Shown: in pieces, positions 1-12,363 of the stretch
Layout of the letters: each line of letters begins with the position of its first letter
Position numbering within the stretch: the first letter of the stretch is position 1
DNA from: Takakia lepidozioides
Taxonomy: Eukaryota; Plantae; Bryophyta
NCBI GenBank assembly: GCA_030704615.1
Contig: CM060734.1
Span: forward strand, 29,760,001-29,824,000
DNA: 64,000 bases
Reading direction: 5' to 3'
Translations under genes and position numbers: made by a program
Notes under the pieces: model-generated
What the model saw: the letters and a program-made list of their open reading frames with translations, nothing else
Database searches by the model: none
Told to the model about the DNA's origin: nothing

Positions 1-2826
1 GACCGTATGGACGCATCAAACCCGTGAAAGTCGGAGCAGGAGTTCGGGCACCACCTCTGGATATAGATGAAGTGCACTTCTCGAAATTAGTTGCCCTGAT
101 CGCTGTACATTTCACACGAGACCCTACACTTGTGCGTTCTATGTGCCAAACGTGGTCGGGGCATGCGGACTCAAGCACATCAAGGGGGTTGTTTCTCTCC
201 TGCACCATTTCAGTGGCACTATTTGATGCTGGAGCTTGCCGTCGTGTTGGAGGTTCCTCCACAATGGAGGTTTCGGACATGGAGCTGTCATGCAGGGGAA
301 CACGAGGCTTCGAGAAGTTATCACGGTCTGCCCTGTGCGAATCGGAATCCGAACCAGATGTCCTCTTACAGGAGCTGAATCTCTTCTCCCCTTCAAGATG
401 TGGAACTCTAGAAACAAGTGGCGTTCCCTGGGCATACATGCTCACCGCCCGTGCTATCTTGATTGGATCCCCAGATCTGTTTGTAGCACGCAACATCAAC
501 TCCCATTTGTCCGGACCCTTGCCACCAACCCCACCTCGCAAGAAATCACGGTATCGGGTTTGTTGTTGCGAGGCACGTATCAAATCATTTGTTGTTGCCA
601 CATACAAATCCCGACCTCGTTTCCCAGACTGCTGCAACCATGCATTGTGCACAGTTTCTGCCAAATTGCAAGATGGCATGTCCGCCATTTCCTCAATGGA
701 CATGTTCTGCAAAGTGAAGAACCACACTTCAAAACAGTGAACAGAAAACAACATAAAGAAAGCGAGGACACAATAAAATGGAAAGTAAATATATAAAAAA
801 ACAAGAAATATAAGCCTCGTACCACTGGCATGGCTGCTCCCCACTGTCTATACCGGAAGTGCCAAAACGCCAGCCAATCTTCCAATGCTGTCATACTCTC
901 AAGTGATGCAGCTCCAGAAGAGAACCACCAGGCACGAATTGTCTGGAACAAAGTGTCCGCCTCCTTCATTGTTGTAGCATCTTTGTACTCTTTGCACAAT
1001 TTACGGTGCTGAGTCTGCATCTCTGGTTTGATGTCCGACTTTGTATGTTTTTCCAGAGATTGTGTCCAATGAAATAGACATGTACACTCTCTTCCTCGCA
1101 TTGGCACTTTTGGGTCGCCCGATCCGAAGACAATACGAGCAGCATTGAAATTTGCTTGAGCACTATCCGCCATGAAACCTTCGAAATTTGGAGATGGCAG
1201 CCCATGACACGTATCAGAGAATTCTACATGAGCTTCTGGGATTCTGTATCCTCGGATTGCATGTCACAAACTGCAATTGTCATAACTCGTTGGTACACTG
1301 GATCGTAGACACGACAAGCCATTGTCGTCCAATCCTTCACTCGTTTCACATGATCAAACATAAGAAAACAGTTCTGCAAGTCCCCAGTCTTTTGCATCCG
1401 CTTCACGAGGCTAACCCCACTGCCCTCCCCAACAGTTGACATTTTGAAAAGAAAAACTTTGATGGCACCTTGACCTGGGAATATATTGTCCTGGATGTAA
1501 TCGTACTTGCTCACTCGTTTCAACTCCAAAATGTTGTCTATGTAGCCTCTGATACCAGAGCCCATTCTTAATGCATTGATCTGATGCCAAATGTTAGGTA
1601 AACTCAAAGTGGAGGAATGATCCATGACCAGGTCCAATGCTGCACCGTCAAGTTTAGTCCCCACAGAATCCCCTTCACTCAAAATATGGCTTTCCAAGAA
1701 GGACTTGCTTGCGCCAAGAGCAATTGCAGATGTTGTTGCGGATGGGTTTCTCCCGAACTCATGTTTAATCAACCTCGATACTGTCTCAACACTGTCCCTG
1801 TAATCCCCCTTCGAGACAGGATGGTTATGGAATCCGAAATGCACACAAGCTCTTGTCATTGTTTCCAAACAGTGGACAACATAGTACATTCTTACTCCGA
1901 AGAGCGCCAAGCAGGATGGCACAAGTTTGCCCGAATTTGCAGACGAAAGTGTTTGCCGGTGGTGGGGCAGTCCCAGGCTGAAATGGATTTTCCGCCAGAC
2001 CCTCCCATTCGCTTTGATTATGAACCCCAGACTGAAGAAAGTGTCTGCAATTCAAATTATCACACCTAAGGTGTCCATTGCAAACTGTTCTCCTGAAAAC
2101 AAGTTTGTCATCATTCTGAATATTATATGTTTTTGTTCTGCACCACGGGTGCCCGTCGTGTTTCTTGTCCATTCCATGCATCATGATTGTTACACCTCCA
2201 ACTCGCGGAGGAGGAGGCAGCTCGAATATGATATCGCCATCAAAAGTCTTTGGCAAGAACTTCATAGGCACCCGCTTCAAAGATTCCCAATCAATTCCTC
2301 GCAACTCACTTTTGAATCCAGCCATTCCTCCCATCGCCCGTAATTTTGGAATGACACTACAAATCTCTTCTTCATCAGCTTCTCCAACCATAGTAGGAAG
2401 GACTGGATTTGGAATTTCACTTATGTCATCATCGGACGAATCCAAAAGCTCAACGATTGGAGTAGAGGACGTATGTTCTTTTTTCACCACCACCTCCCTC
2501 TTGTCTTCAACGACCGAAGCAGCAGTCCCGGGCGTCACATATGACCCAAGGGACTTTCGCCGAGGCTCTCCAAGTACTCTGTATCGACCAGGGCGTACTC
2601 TCCACTGGCTGACATGAGCCGTCTCATTACGGTTTTGGAAAGAATATTTCAACAACTTCCCTTTCAAATCGTACACCTCTTTTTCCAAAAAGATGGAGTC
2701 ATTCTGAAGCTGAAAACGGGTAGCCAAGACATGTTCCAGAACAATTGCAAATCCATTGTCAAGGACTTCCTGGGAGAACGGCACTGGTTTGTCATCAGAG
2801 AAGAACTCCGCTTCAGAGGAAGCCAT
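1..2826 (-). pseudogene. Mutator-like (MULE) DDE transposase with N-terminal GCM/WRKY-like Zn domain; disrupted, 3' end runs off the window
   Basis: Joined ORFs 1825-2826, 1224-1922 and 580-1173 plus an exon downstream of ~710. GCM-like segment DGHPW..TKTYNI..RRTVCNGHLRC..C..H. Core motifs FLMFD, FMAD, TCLFHW (CxxH) and CNLAETVHNAW (catalytic E). Frameshifts at ~1930 and ~1200, TAG at 1224-1226, and a GT-AG intron at ~710-825. Confidence 0.75.
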
Positions 2827-4057
2827 CTTCCTTCCTCGTGTACGTTGATACCTTGCTATCGCAGACCTTCAGTGTAAATCGGTTTACTGATGTCTCCAGA
2901 ACACAGTTGAAGAATAAGCAGAGAATATGGCGGAGGAAGCTCAGACGACGACTGTGCATATTCTGTTATTCCTTCCAGATATGCAGCCGTCCATTTTAAT
3001 TACTTTTCTTGTGGGCCCAGCGGTCAGAGTATCCCTAGGAGCAATGTCGACAGCTGTTAAACCGTTAATCAGAACCTCATCAATAAACACAATAACAAGC
3101 CGACTTCCTGGAAGCATGCCACATGATCTGAGGGTGGGATTGCAGATTAAGTAAATGTATCTTTATACTACTACCAATGATCATGCGCACCTGGAAAGTT
3201 CAAAATGTGAAACGAACGTGGGGTTGGCTAACAAGGATGACCGTGTATAATATCCCAAAATTTGTCATCCAACTCTCGTTCATTTACATATATTTGTCTA
3301 AGACTGTGCGCCAAGATTTCTGGGATTCGCTGTTATTTTTAAATATTGAAACCGTTCTAATAAATAACACGCCGTTTATTTTGGGCAACACACGTCAGAC
3401 ATCGATAACTGAATACGAACAGCTGTACACTAATTGTTGGCATGTGCACTAATAAGGGAACGACTATGTGTAACGGTCACGCGAGAAGGAATTCGATGCT
3501 TCTAGAGACAAGCAACAACGCACGCAATCCCGCAAGAAATCGGGAGTCACTTCGTTTTTCTACTTTTCGCGCTTAGAGGGAAAGTGGTAGTCAAGCTGGA
3601 GAGGGTTCCTTCTACAATACAAAAGAGAAGAAAGTCTCTTTATTTTACTTCCCTTAGAGAGAGACGCGGAGCAAGAGAGCAAATGACGAGGCGTCATTTG
3701 TTGGAGAACACAGGGCCAAGGCAACAGGTGAACGCGGAGGCTAATTCACAAGAGCAGACCGAGACTGAGGCAGCGGCTGTGACACAGTCGGCGATAACAG
3801 TGCGCGTTGGAAACCAGCCTGTGGATGCAGAGATGACTCGCAGGGAAACTAAAGGAGGTGGAAGTACGAGGAACGCTGAATCGGGAGAAGGTCCAGAAAC
3901 CCTAAAGCAAACATAAATTCCAGCAGATGTGAGAGGGAAGAGGAAAGCTGCAGAAGGGGATCCAATTTCAAAACCTAAGAAGGCGCCAGTAAGTTTTCTC
4001 TAACTTACATTTCATTGTTGAAGATCTGCGTAGAGATTGAGTGGAATGTCCCAGAAA

Positions 4058-4795
4058 GGGATTGTCGCTACTGACCATCACCATGAAACAACGGTGATTT
4101 GCTTTCTACTCCTCTGTTAAGGGTTTACAGCACAATGAGTGGGTGACTGACGGTACCGTCATTCACTGTTGTTCAGATCATACAATCTGTCTGATTGCCT
4201 TTCAAGCAGTCCTTCCTCTTCCCTTCTTTAGCATGAACATGTGATTGAAGTCTACTGAATTGCGAGCGTCGTTAACGCCATTCGATTCTCCTCATGAGAT
4301 TTATGTACCTATGTGTTTGAAGAGAGAGTGAGGGTCGGCATATTCAGTCATAATGTATTGCAATGCATTTTCTTTGTATGAGGTTGAACAGATAGAGAAG
4401 TGGAAATGCGGTACCGCCAATCAAAGATTTGAAGACCATACTTTAGATTCAGATAGAGTATCGATTGGAAAGTACTCTCGACATAGACAAGAAACCGTGA
4501 ATGCTTGCGACGGTAATCACAATGGAGTCAATCTGAATAATCTTCACTTACTGTCCGCCCTAAACTATACTGAATGTCGTTGCCGCCAATCACTTACACA
4601 TATATGTCATTACACAACACCGATCCGGCAGGTCCTTGTCTTTTGTGATTGTCGTTAACGCTGTTCGCTCTCGCTCTCGCTTTTGTTTTGAATTTGGCAG
4701 GATCAGCTTTGTTTGTGTAGATGGTTCTGAATTTGTTTCACACCATTCATTGTGAGTTTCGTCGAGACAGAGTGATGGTCGTTACCGCCGTTCAC
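4058..4795. repeat. Degenerate copies of a 24-bp palindrome in intron 1
   Basis: 4143 gtgactgacggtaccgtcattcac; 4262 gcgagcgtcgttaacgccattcga; 4570 ctgaatgtcgttgccgccaatcac; 4645 gtgattgtcgttaacgctgttcgc; 4772 gtgatggtcgttaccgccgttcac; weaker copies at 4058 and 4497. Confidence 0.6.
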
Positions 4796-6599
4796 TATTT
4801 GCACATTACTCAGTCAGATTTGAATGGCATCGTGCAGAAAACTTTGAGGTCCAAGCCTACAGGATCAGAGGGGAAAGGATCTGGAGATGGGGACGAGTCT
4901 GGAAAAAGCTCAGAGAATAACGATGAAGCAGATGAATCTGAAGTGCACTACCTTGACAAGGTGAAAGAACTCATGTCATTCCAGAAGGTAAACTCTTAGG
5001 AGGTTATAAGGGACATGCTTGTATCTGGAGGGCGTCTGGACATCCCTCTGTGCCGGATGATATATATGCTTGTTGTGCGTCCACCTCTTTCCCATGACAT
5101 AACAAAATTGGAGAGTGATTTCGTGCATGGATACAGACTTGGTGCACAAGTTTGTTATGTGTCACTGACGGATATAAATGGGAAAAACACATTAGTGTCT
5201 CCAGAGATCAGCGATACCTGGGATGAGTGGTGGAAAGATGCCAACGAGGAGGTTCGAGCTGGGCCTCATGATGGGAAAGAACACCCAGCAATTCTTCAAC
5301 CACCTGTTCTACATCTGGGACGGCAACCACCGATTGCTGGCATGGATGGGATATATCCAGAAACACCATGCGAAAGACAAAGACAAGCATGTTGCTGTGG
5401 AGGCAATGGTTTTGGATCCAGGAAACGACATCGCTAGGCTTCTTACATCTATGCACGACGTGAACAAGTAAGTCATCCTAGAGATTTCATTCCCTCTGTA
5501 GTGTCTTGTTAATCCCAAAAAAACAGTGTTAAGGAATGCAATGTTTCCAATGTTTTTGCAGATCGACAGAGAAATCGCATGTAACAACAAGCTTGGTCCA
5601 CACACTATTCCGAATTCAGAAGATTGGTCTGATGAAGCTGGATGATTTTCGGACAGTACTCCCCCCCAATATAATCAAGAAGTGTGAAACAAGAAGAGCT
5701 GCAGGCAATTGGTATTCTTTGACTCGAGAAGCGTTTCTGGAGTACATGTATGCGGTAAACCCGAGTCTGTACTCAGTTTACTTTTCGAATACATGTTTGT
5801 AGTCCCTTCGGTGCTAATCACTATTTGAATCAATGCAGCAAGAACTGGCAGAGGCAGCTGAGAAGGGAAAATCCGAATATTACCGCACTACACCAGAGGA
5901 ACTAAGGACATCAAAGGGTGTGGAAGCAGCAATAAAAAAGGAGTTTGAAATGCGAAGAACCAAATTGATGTCCGCCTTCGGAAAACAGCTTAGAATAGTA
6001 GATCCTGGACTTGGTTCTGAGTTCCTTCAACAGATCAAATCTCACTATGACAAGCATGTGCATCCGGAGATGCAGCAGGAGAAATTGCACCGGCTGGCCA
6101 TATCCATGGTCGACCCACAAACAAAAATAAGGTGGTTGGAGATATGGAACTCAGATCAGACAGTAAAAGACTTGAATCAGTTCCCAAAGAGCACCATACA
6201 GCCTGGCACAAATGTGGAAGGAATCAGTGATTTGGTGTTTGATAACTGGCTCCACAAGGCTACATTTTGGAGTCAGGTGTGTATTCAAATAAGCCGCTTT
6301 CTTTTCTTCAGTTTTGTGATGAGTATCTTACTTGCAATATTGACAAATATACAATTTGCAGCTCGAAAAACGCGCCGTCATTGTGCTGGATCAGACTTTG
6401 AAGGACTTGAACATTTCAATTGTTTCCCCTCCCCAAATGTCATTGGAGGCATACATAAGGAAGTTGAGAGGTCTCACCTGGAGATACTGTTTTTTCCGGG
6501 AGTTCTCCAAAGATGGTAACATTTTACGGTCCAACGACTTTGACAGTCAGGTTGGAGGATAGTGGGCCATGATGCGAGTTGTGTACAGGTGCAATATCA

Positions 6600-7500
6600 T
6601 ACTGGAAACTCTACTGCACTTTTTGGGAAATAATTTGGCTTAATAAGGATTGTAATCATAGATCCAAATTGAATGTCGTTGACGACATTCACTTCTTTGT
6701 CTGAGTCATTCTTAAGCGAGAATTTGAATTCACCTGGATTAGGAGCTTAGGGTGTAATTATAGTGTCCCTGATTAGAATTGATAATGTCCCTGAATGGCG
6801 TTGACGACATTCACATCCAGAGTTGTTGAGAGGTCCTCAGAGTTATGTAAGTTTTTGTAATGTCCATAGAGTTTACAGTGAGGGTTCCTCACTTCAGTTT
6901 GCTGAATGTCAATGCAGACATTCAGTTGTTCTGCATTGCTTTTGCCTCTTGCGAGAAATCTTGAGGCTTGATTAGCTGTGTTATCAGAGATCCAAAGTGA
7001 ATGTCGTTGACGACATTCACTTCTATGTCTGTGTCATTCACCAGCGACAATTTGAATTTACATGGATTGGGAGCTAAGGGTGTATTAATTGGTTCTTTGT
7101 TCATAATTTTGTGAATGGCGTTGACGCCATTCACATCCAGTGTTATTATGAGGTCCTCAGTGTTATGTTCATTATGAATGTCCATTGAGTTTTTGGGGAG
7201 GGTTCCTTACTCGAGTTTCTGATTTCCATCCAATGATTTTGCCTCTTTTGAGAAATCAATAGCCTTGATTAGCAGTGTATTCACAAATCCAAAGTGAATA
7301 TCGTTGACGACATTCACTTTTATGTCTGTGTCATTCCAAAACGAGAGTTTGCATTCACGTGGATTAGGGTGTATTCACAGTATCATTGAATGGAATGTTT
7401 TGAATGGCGTTAACGACATTCACATCCGGAGTTGTCGCGTGGTCCTGAAAGGTCCTTGGAGCAGTTCTTAGAGCCATTTCATTCCATGTTTTTTTTTCAT
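6600..7500. repeat. Three diverged ~300-330-bp tandem units, each with two 24-bp palindromes (consensus GTGAATGKCGTTRACGMCATTCAC)
   Basis: Palindromes at 6669, 6791, 6997, 7111, 7294 and 7400, read directly from the sequence. Confidence 0.9.
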
Positions 7501-10489
7501 TCTGTGCTACTTGCATCTTTCTCATTTCGCGCTTTGGTGGGTTGGGATTTATCTCCTGTTTAACAGGTACACGAAATATGTGCTTATGGAAGGAAATCAC
7601 CTGAGCGGTATTCCAGACTATCTTGACATGTGGTCGGACCCTGCAAACGATCCAACCATGTATACTGCAGGGATATTGAAGGACTGGAGTCCTTATCACT
7701 TCAGAGACTGTGGCTGGTACCTTGACTGCCCACCGGAGCACACGACCTTTCAAGAACAACATATGAAATATTTGAACAATAATGCTGAGATGCTGGCGCC
7801 TCTGACTGACGAAGAGTACCAAAGAAACATAGCAACATTGGCTGCCAAGGAGCCTGATGCTCAGGGAACGCCGCAGAAGGGAAAGAAGGCGGGCTGCAAA
7901 CCAAAAGACAAGGCTCTTGATGTCATAGCCATCTCACCAGTAAAGCCAAAGGACAAAGACAAGTCCAAAGAGAAGGAAAAGGACAAGGGGGAGGAGAAAG
8001 AAAAGGAAATGGAGAGTGGGCAGGACTTCACTGCTGGAAGATATACCCGCACAGTTCAGTGCGTGTTCGATGCCAAGCCACACCCTTCCCGTTCTGATTC
8101 GGCAGGAGAGGTTAAAATTGTCAATGAGGGTTGGCTGTTGATGATGCAGAGTCGAAAGAGAGGATACACTGGGGTGCCTTCGCCTACCTGGGACAACATA
8201 ATCTCATTCCTCAATCTGGTGAGAATTCCAGTTTCTTTCCTTTTTCTTTGAAAGTTTCATTGGCAGTATTTCAGTTTGGTTCTTTGAAAACATTCTTTTC
8301 ATCGTTCTTAAAAAAAACATGTCTGTTGCAGGTGAGCACAGGTCCCACCTTCGTGTGCGGTGTGCAGAAAACATATGCGGCTGACATTGTCATTCTCGAC
8401 ATCCCGAATGGTCAGGCTGTGCCAGAAGTTCTTCCAAAGGGCAAGACGCCAGGCTGGAACAAATTCAAGGACAACTACTGGAGTTGGGTGTTCGGGTTCT
8501 GTAATAATTTCCTCTCTGATGCAGGGACACTTCTGCTTTTTCAGTCATGTGACAAAGATAGTCGTCGGGCATTGGCATCATACCTGAAGTCTTCAGGGTT
8601 TGAAGTTTTACGCACATGGAATTGTGTGAACAGCCTCTACCTTGTGAAAGGGGGTTTCCCTGGTCAGTTGGTATGCCGTCTCCCTTCTGCTTGTGCTTTC
8701 ATGATGATTTTCAATGTTCTCTGCAGCTCCACTCCAGAAGAATCTGTCATGATCGACACCGATCATCACCGATTCGTGATAAAAATGATTGTTTTGTGCC
8801 TGAGTTCTGAATAGCCGATGTACACACTTCCACTATAGATTATGTTTACCACACTAACCTGCTATCTTTGGCAGACGAGGATGTTCGAGGCGATCTGCCT
8901 GCGGAGGATTCGCACCTCAAAGACACCATCCTCCATCTGCAGCTTTGAGATTTCTGACCAAGGTTGTTTCGTCAACCCCCCCCTATGAGCCGCATGTCGA
9001 TGACATTTTGTACAACTTCATGCAGTCCAGTCAGACTCTGAAGAGACCAGATGGCACTCCCTGGAGAGGTGCAAAGGAAAAATCCCCAGCGTTCATGCAA
9101 ATACTGCTGGAGTCATGCAGCCACCACTCTGCACGGGTGGTCGATCTTTCTGTGTCCACAGGTTCATTCTCTCTCTTTTGAATTGATTTTCTTTCACCAG
9201 TTCCATCTGCTTAAATCCCCCCCACCGAACTGTTCATGTCCTCCTGTCTGGTGCAGGAGTAACTTACCATGCATGCAAGGCAGGCGGAAGAAGCCTTTTT
9301 GGCATGGAGGGTGATTCTGACCTCTACAACACAGTGTTTTTCCCTCTTTTGTCTGACTCCACTTCAGGCACACAGACTGATCGGATTCAAATTCGAAATG
9401 ATGACGATCTTGAAGATAAGCAGGTCGACAACGACTTTTCATATGAGTAAGTGCTAAACCCACTTTGTGAGTCATACTCAATTTCTCAATAACATCAAAA
9501 TTACAGTAATAATTTTTTCAGGCTGTCTTTCAGGAAAGGCAGCGGTGGATCTTCAGGAGATATAGTCATTTGTGGCGAGTCTGTTTTCCCCTTTCCAATT
9601 TTCTGCTTCATGATTATGCCGAAGCAATGGCACTTCACGCGGCCGAGTCCCTATCCCCTGAATTTTTGCTGCCCGGCCGTAGGTGTAGCCAGCGTAGATC
9701 CGGAGTTCTTAAATACTTAGACTTAGATGCAGAGGAAGCGGGGATACATTGTACTGACTTTGAGTCAGACTGAACTATGTTCTTTTAATATTCTGTTTCA
9801 TCATCTTTGGAAAACGTTGAATCCCCTTCCTCCACCGTAGTTGTTCCTTTGGAAAGAAAAATAATCAAAGAATCAACTACCATTTAAATTGCAATATGTA
9901 TGAATCCATCTCACAAACCTCCCTCACTCTTGTCATATCCATTGTGCTTTCATCTACAGTGTATTCATGCGTGCTCCATTCATGAATGTTTTCCTTTGTT
10001 CAACATCCATTGTACATTCATCCTCTATACTCTTTAATCCACCCCACAAACCTTCCACACTCATGTCATATACGTTGTGCATTCGTCTAAAGTTTTAGTC
10101 ATACATCTTCCTGTCATGAGTGTTTTTCATTGCTCAACATCCATTATACATTCATCCATTTGACTCTTATCTATCCCTCATTCATCCATCTACATTCATT
10201 TTTCACACTCATCCATCTGTTTATCATCCAACTGTACATTCATCCATCATTTATTCATCTGTTGCTTTCAGGTGGGAATGACCACTGCCTTTTATTATGT
10301 CGTCCAGCTTGTTTCCGCGGTAAAGGGTGCCAATCCGTGGGAATACACTCCACTTTTTCCTGGGCGCGTGGTGATGCGGTCTTCAAGTGTGATGACGTGG
10401 AGTGAGCCCCGTGATGTGGCATTGGCGCAAGGTGACGTGGCGTCATCGCAGTTGTGCTCACGCGCTCACGTGACCAGGCTCACGCCGAG

Positions 10490-12363
10490 GCATCCCCCAT
10501 TTTCAAGAGCGGTGATAGGCTCGCACCGACAAACTATCGTACTATCATGGTGTCCTCATTACTTGCTAAACTGTTTGGGGCAGTAGTGGCCATGGAACTG
10601 GATGATTGGGCTGAGTACCCTCGCATTCGTGCTGAGGGACAGGCTGGTTTCCGTCGAAACCGATCCACTATTGACCATATCTTCACTCTTCAAGTTATGG
10701 TGGAAAGTGCACGCTATGACAAAAGAATGGTCTATGTTTGCTTCGTGGACTTTCACAAAGCCTTTGATTCAGTTCCTCGGGACCTTCTCTTCTAATGGCT
10801 CCATAGAGTGGAAGTCCCTCCAGACATCCTTTGTGCCATCTCTTCTATGTATGAGATTGTCACTGGCATGGTCAACGTCGCTGGTGAATTCTCAGCCGAG
10901 ATCCACAGCAACATTGGAGTCAAACAGGGCTGCCCCCTTTCACCTACCCTGTTCGGGATCTACATTGACGCCTTGGAGAATTACATACCAAAAAACCATG
11001 GGGTTGGGGTCCCATTGGATGGGGGACCAACCCAATCAGATCTCCTCTATGCTGATGATGTTGCCTTTTGGCACAATCCCCGGTCTTTCTGCAACGCCAT
11101 CTCAAAATTTTGGAACAGTTCTGCAAAGACTATGGGATGCAGGTCAATCTTAGCAAGACCAAGATCATGGTCTTCAATGGCCAGGCTGATCGTAGATTCA
11201 TCTTCAACCAGCAGGAAATTGATACCGGTACCTAGGTCTGGTTATCCACTCCCCCAAGTTTCACTTTGTAGCCACTGCCTTGGACAGGTTGACTAAAGGT
11301 AAGGCGGCCTCCGTCCGCCTTCAGGCCAAATGCAAGCAAATACATCTGCAACATCCCCCGACCAAAAAGTGGCTGTTTGACACCGTCGTCAGCCCTGCTA
11401 CCATCTATGGTTGTGTGTTCTGGGCACCTGGTGTCCCTGTCTCCTGGTGGGAAAAGAATTTGGAACCATTACAGTCATCTTTTCTCCAAGCAATACTTGG
11501 CGCCAGGAACACAACTCCATCTCAGATCCTAGGTGCAGAGTTCGCATGTGTACCATTGCAATCCGAGGCCCTCTTCAGGCTTACAATCTTTCTCCATAGA
11601 TTGCAGGTCCTTCCACCCAAAGGGCTAGTGGCAAGGGCCCTCACAACATCTATGAGGCTCAAAGCTGCAGGTTTCAGGAACTCCTGGTATGCTCGAGTGG
11701 ATAGTTTATTTCAACGTAACGGACTTTCTATTGCTTTCCTATTACCAATGAACCCAGATGAGGTGGACATCACATCCAGACATGACCGCAACAGACTCAT
11801 TCGGAGAGAGCTTATGGAATTACATGTCAAGAGAACTTGGATGCTACCCAATCTCACGACAAAGCTCCACTTCTATCGAGAGACATTCTTGGTACTCCGC
11901 GATGATAGAATCTTGAGACCAAATTACCTTTCAGCACCCTTATCTCCTTCCCTCTTGAGGGCATTGGGGCGGTTCAGGGTGGGTTCCCACAACCTACGGA
12001 TAGAGACTGGCAGATGGGAAAACCTGCAACGGGAGGACCGCCTATGTCCAGCTTGCATAGGGCGCAACAAGGAAATTGAAACTGAAGAACACTTCTTCTT
12101 CTACTTCCCTCTATACTACGAGATCCGTGGGAGATTTCACTGTTTATTCAGTGGAACCCAAACTCTCACTGATGTCTTTCACTATGAGGATCAAAAATGC
12201 GTGGCAGCCTACCTACACGAGGCCTTCACCCTTAGACAATCGCTAGAACATTAATTGTGGTTTCTGGATTTGTTCCTCTCTCATGTTTTCTTCCATTTTG
12301 TCCCATAAGCTCTACGAGCTTTCCGCGGACGTTATAAAGCACCATTTCATTTCATTTCATTTC
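10490..12363 (+). mobile_element. 5'-incomplete non-LTR retrotransposon (RTE/RTEX-like) with RT, C-terminal Zn-finger and (CATTT)n tail
   Basis: NYRTIM, QAGFRR, FVDFHKAFD, GVKQGCPLSP, LLYADD, RFRVGSHNLRIETGRW..CPAC..ETEEH. Stop at 10793 and frameshifts. Tail catttcatttcatttc at ~12342-12363. Confidence 0.88.

Larger units (their letters stand above)
3683..9446 (+). pseudogene. Multi-exon gene: ParB/Srx-like N-terminal domain, helical/Lys-Glu-rich linker, C-terminal beta-class amino-DNA-methyltransferase-like domain
   Basis: Phase-consistent GT-AG exons ~3683-3988, 4838-5467, 5561-5754, 5839-6276, 6362-6588, 7567-8218, 8332-8670, 8875-9161, 9257-9446. Motifs FYIWDGNHRLLAW (ParB/Srx), ADIVILDIPNG (motif IV-like), and KEKSPAFMQILLESCS..ARVVDLSVSTGVTYHACKAGGRSLFGME (motif X/I/II). 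Lesions: TAA 3914, TAG 4997, frameshift ~5250, TAG 6560, +1 in C8 run 8976-8983. Confidence 0.72.
1..10490. mobile_element. Two-gene Mutator-like DNA transposon (transposase plus divergent ParB-MTase cargo gene); boundaries approximate
   Basis: Head-to-head gene pair ~860 bp apart with similar decay. CpG-rich GTGACGTGG-type stretch at 10360-10490 ends abruptly where LINE RT sequence starts. TIR and TSD cannot be verified because the left end is outside the window. Confidence 0.55.

Noticed and set aside
24-2617. Plus-strand ORFs over the transposase, and similar antisense ORFs over the NAC, PPR and pol regions
   Set aside because: Shadow ORFs of coding sequence on the opposite strand, with no recognisable motifs.
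6669-7423. CRISPR array
   Set aside because: The sequences between palindromes are long, unequal and homologous to each other; there are no cas genes; the context is a eukaryotic intron.
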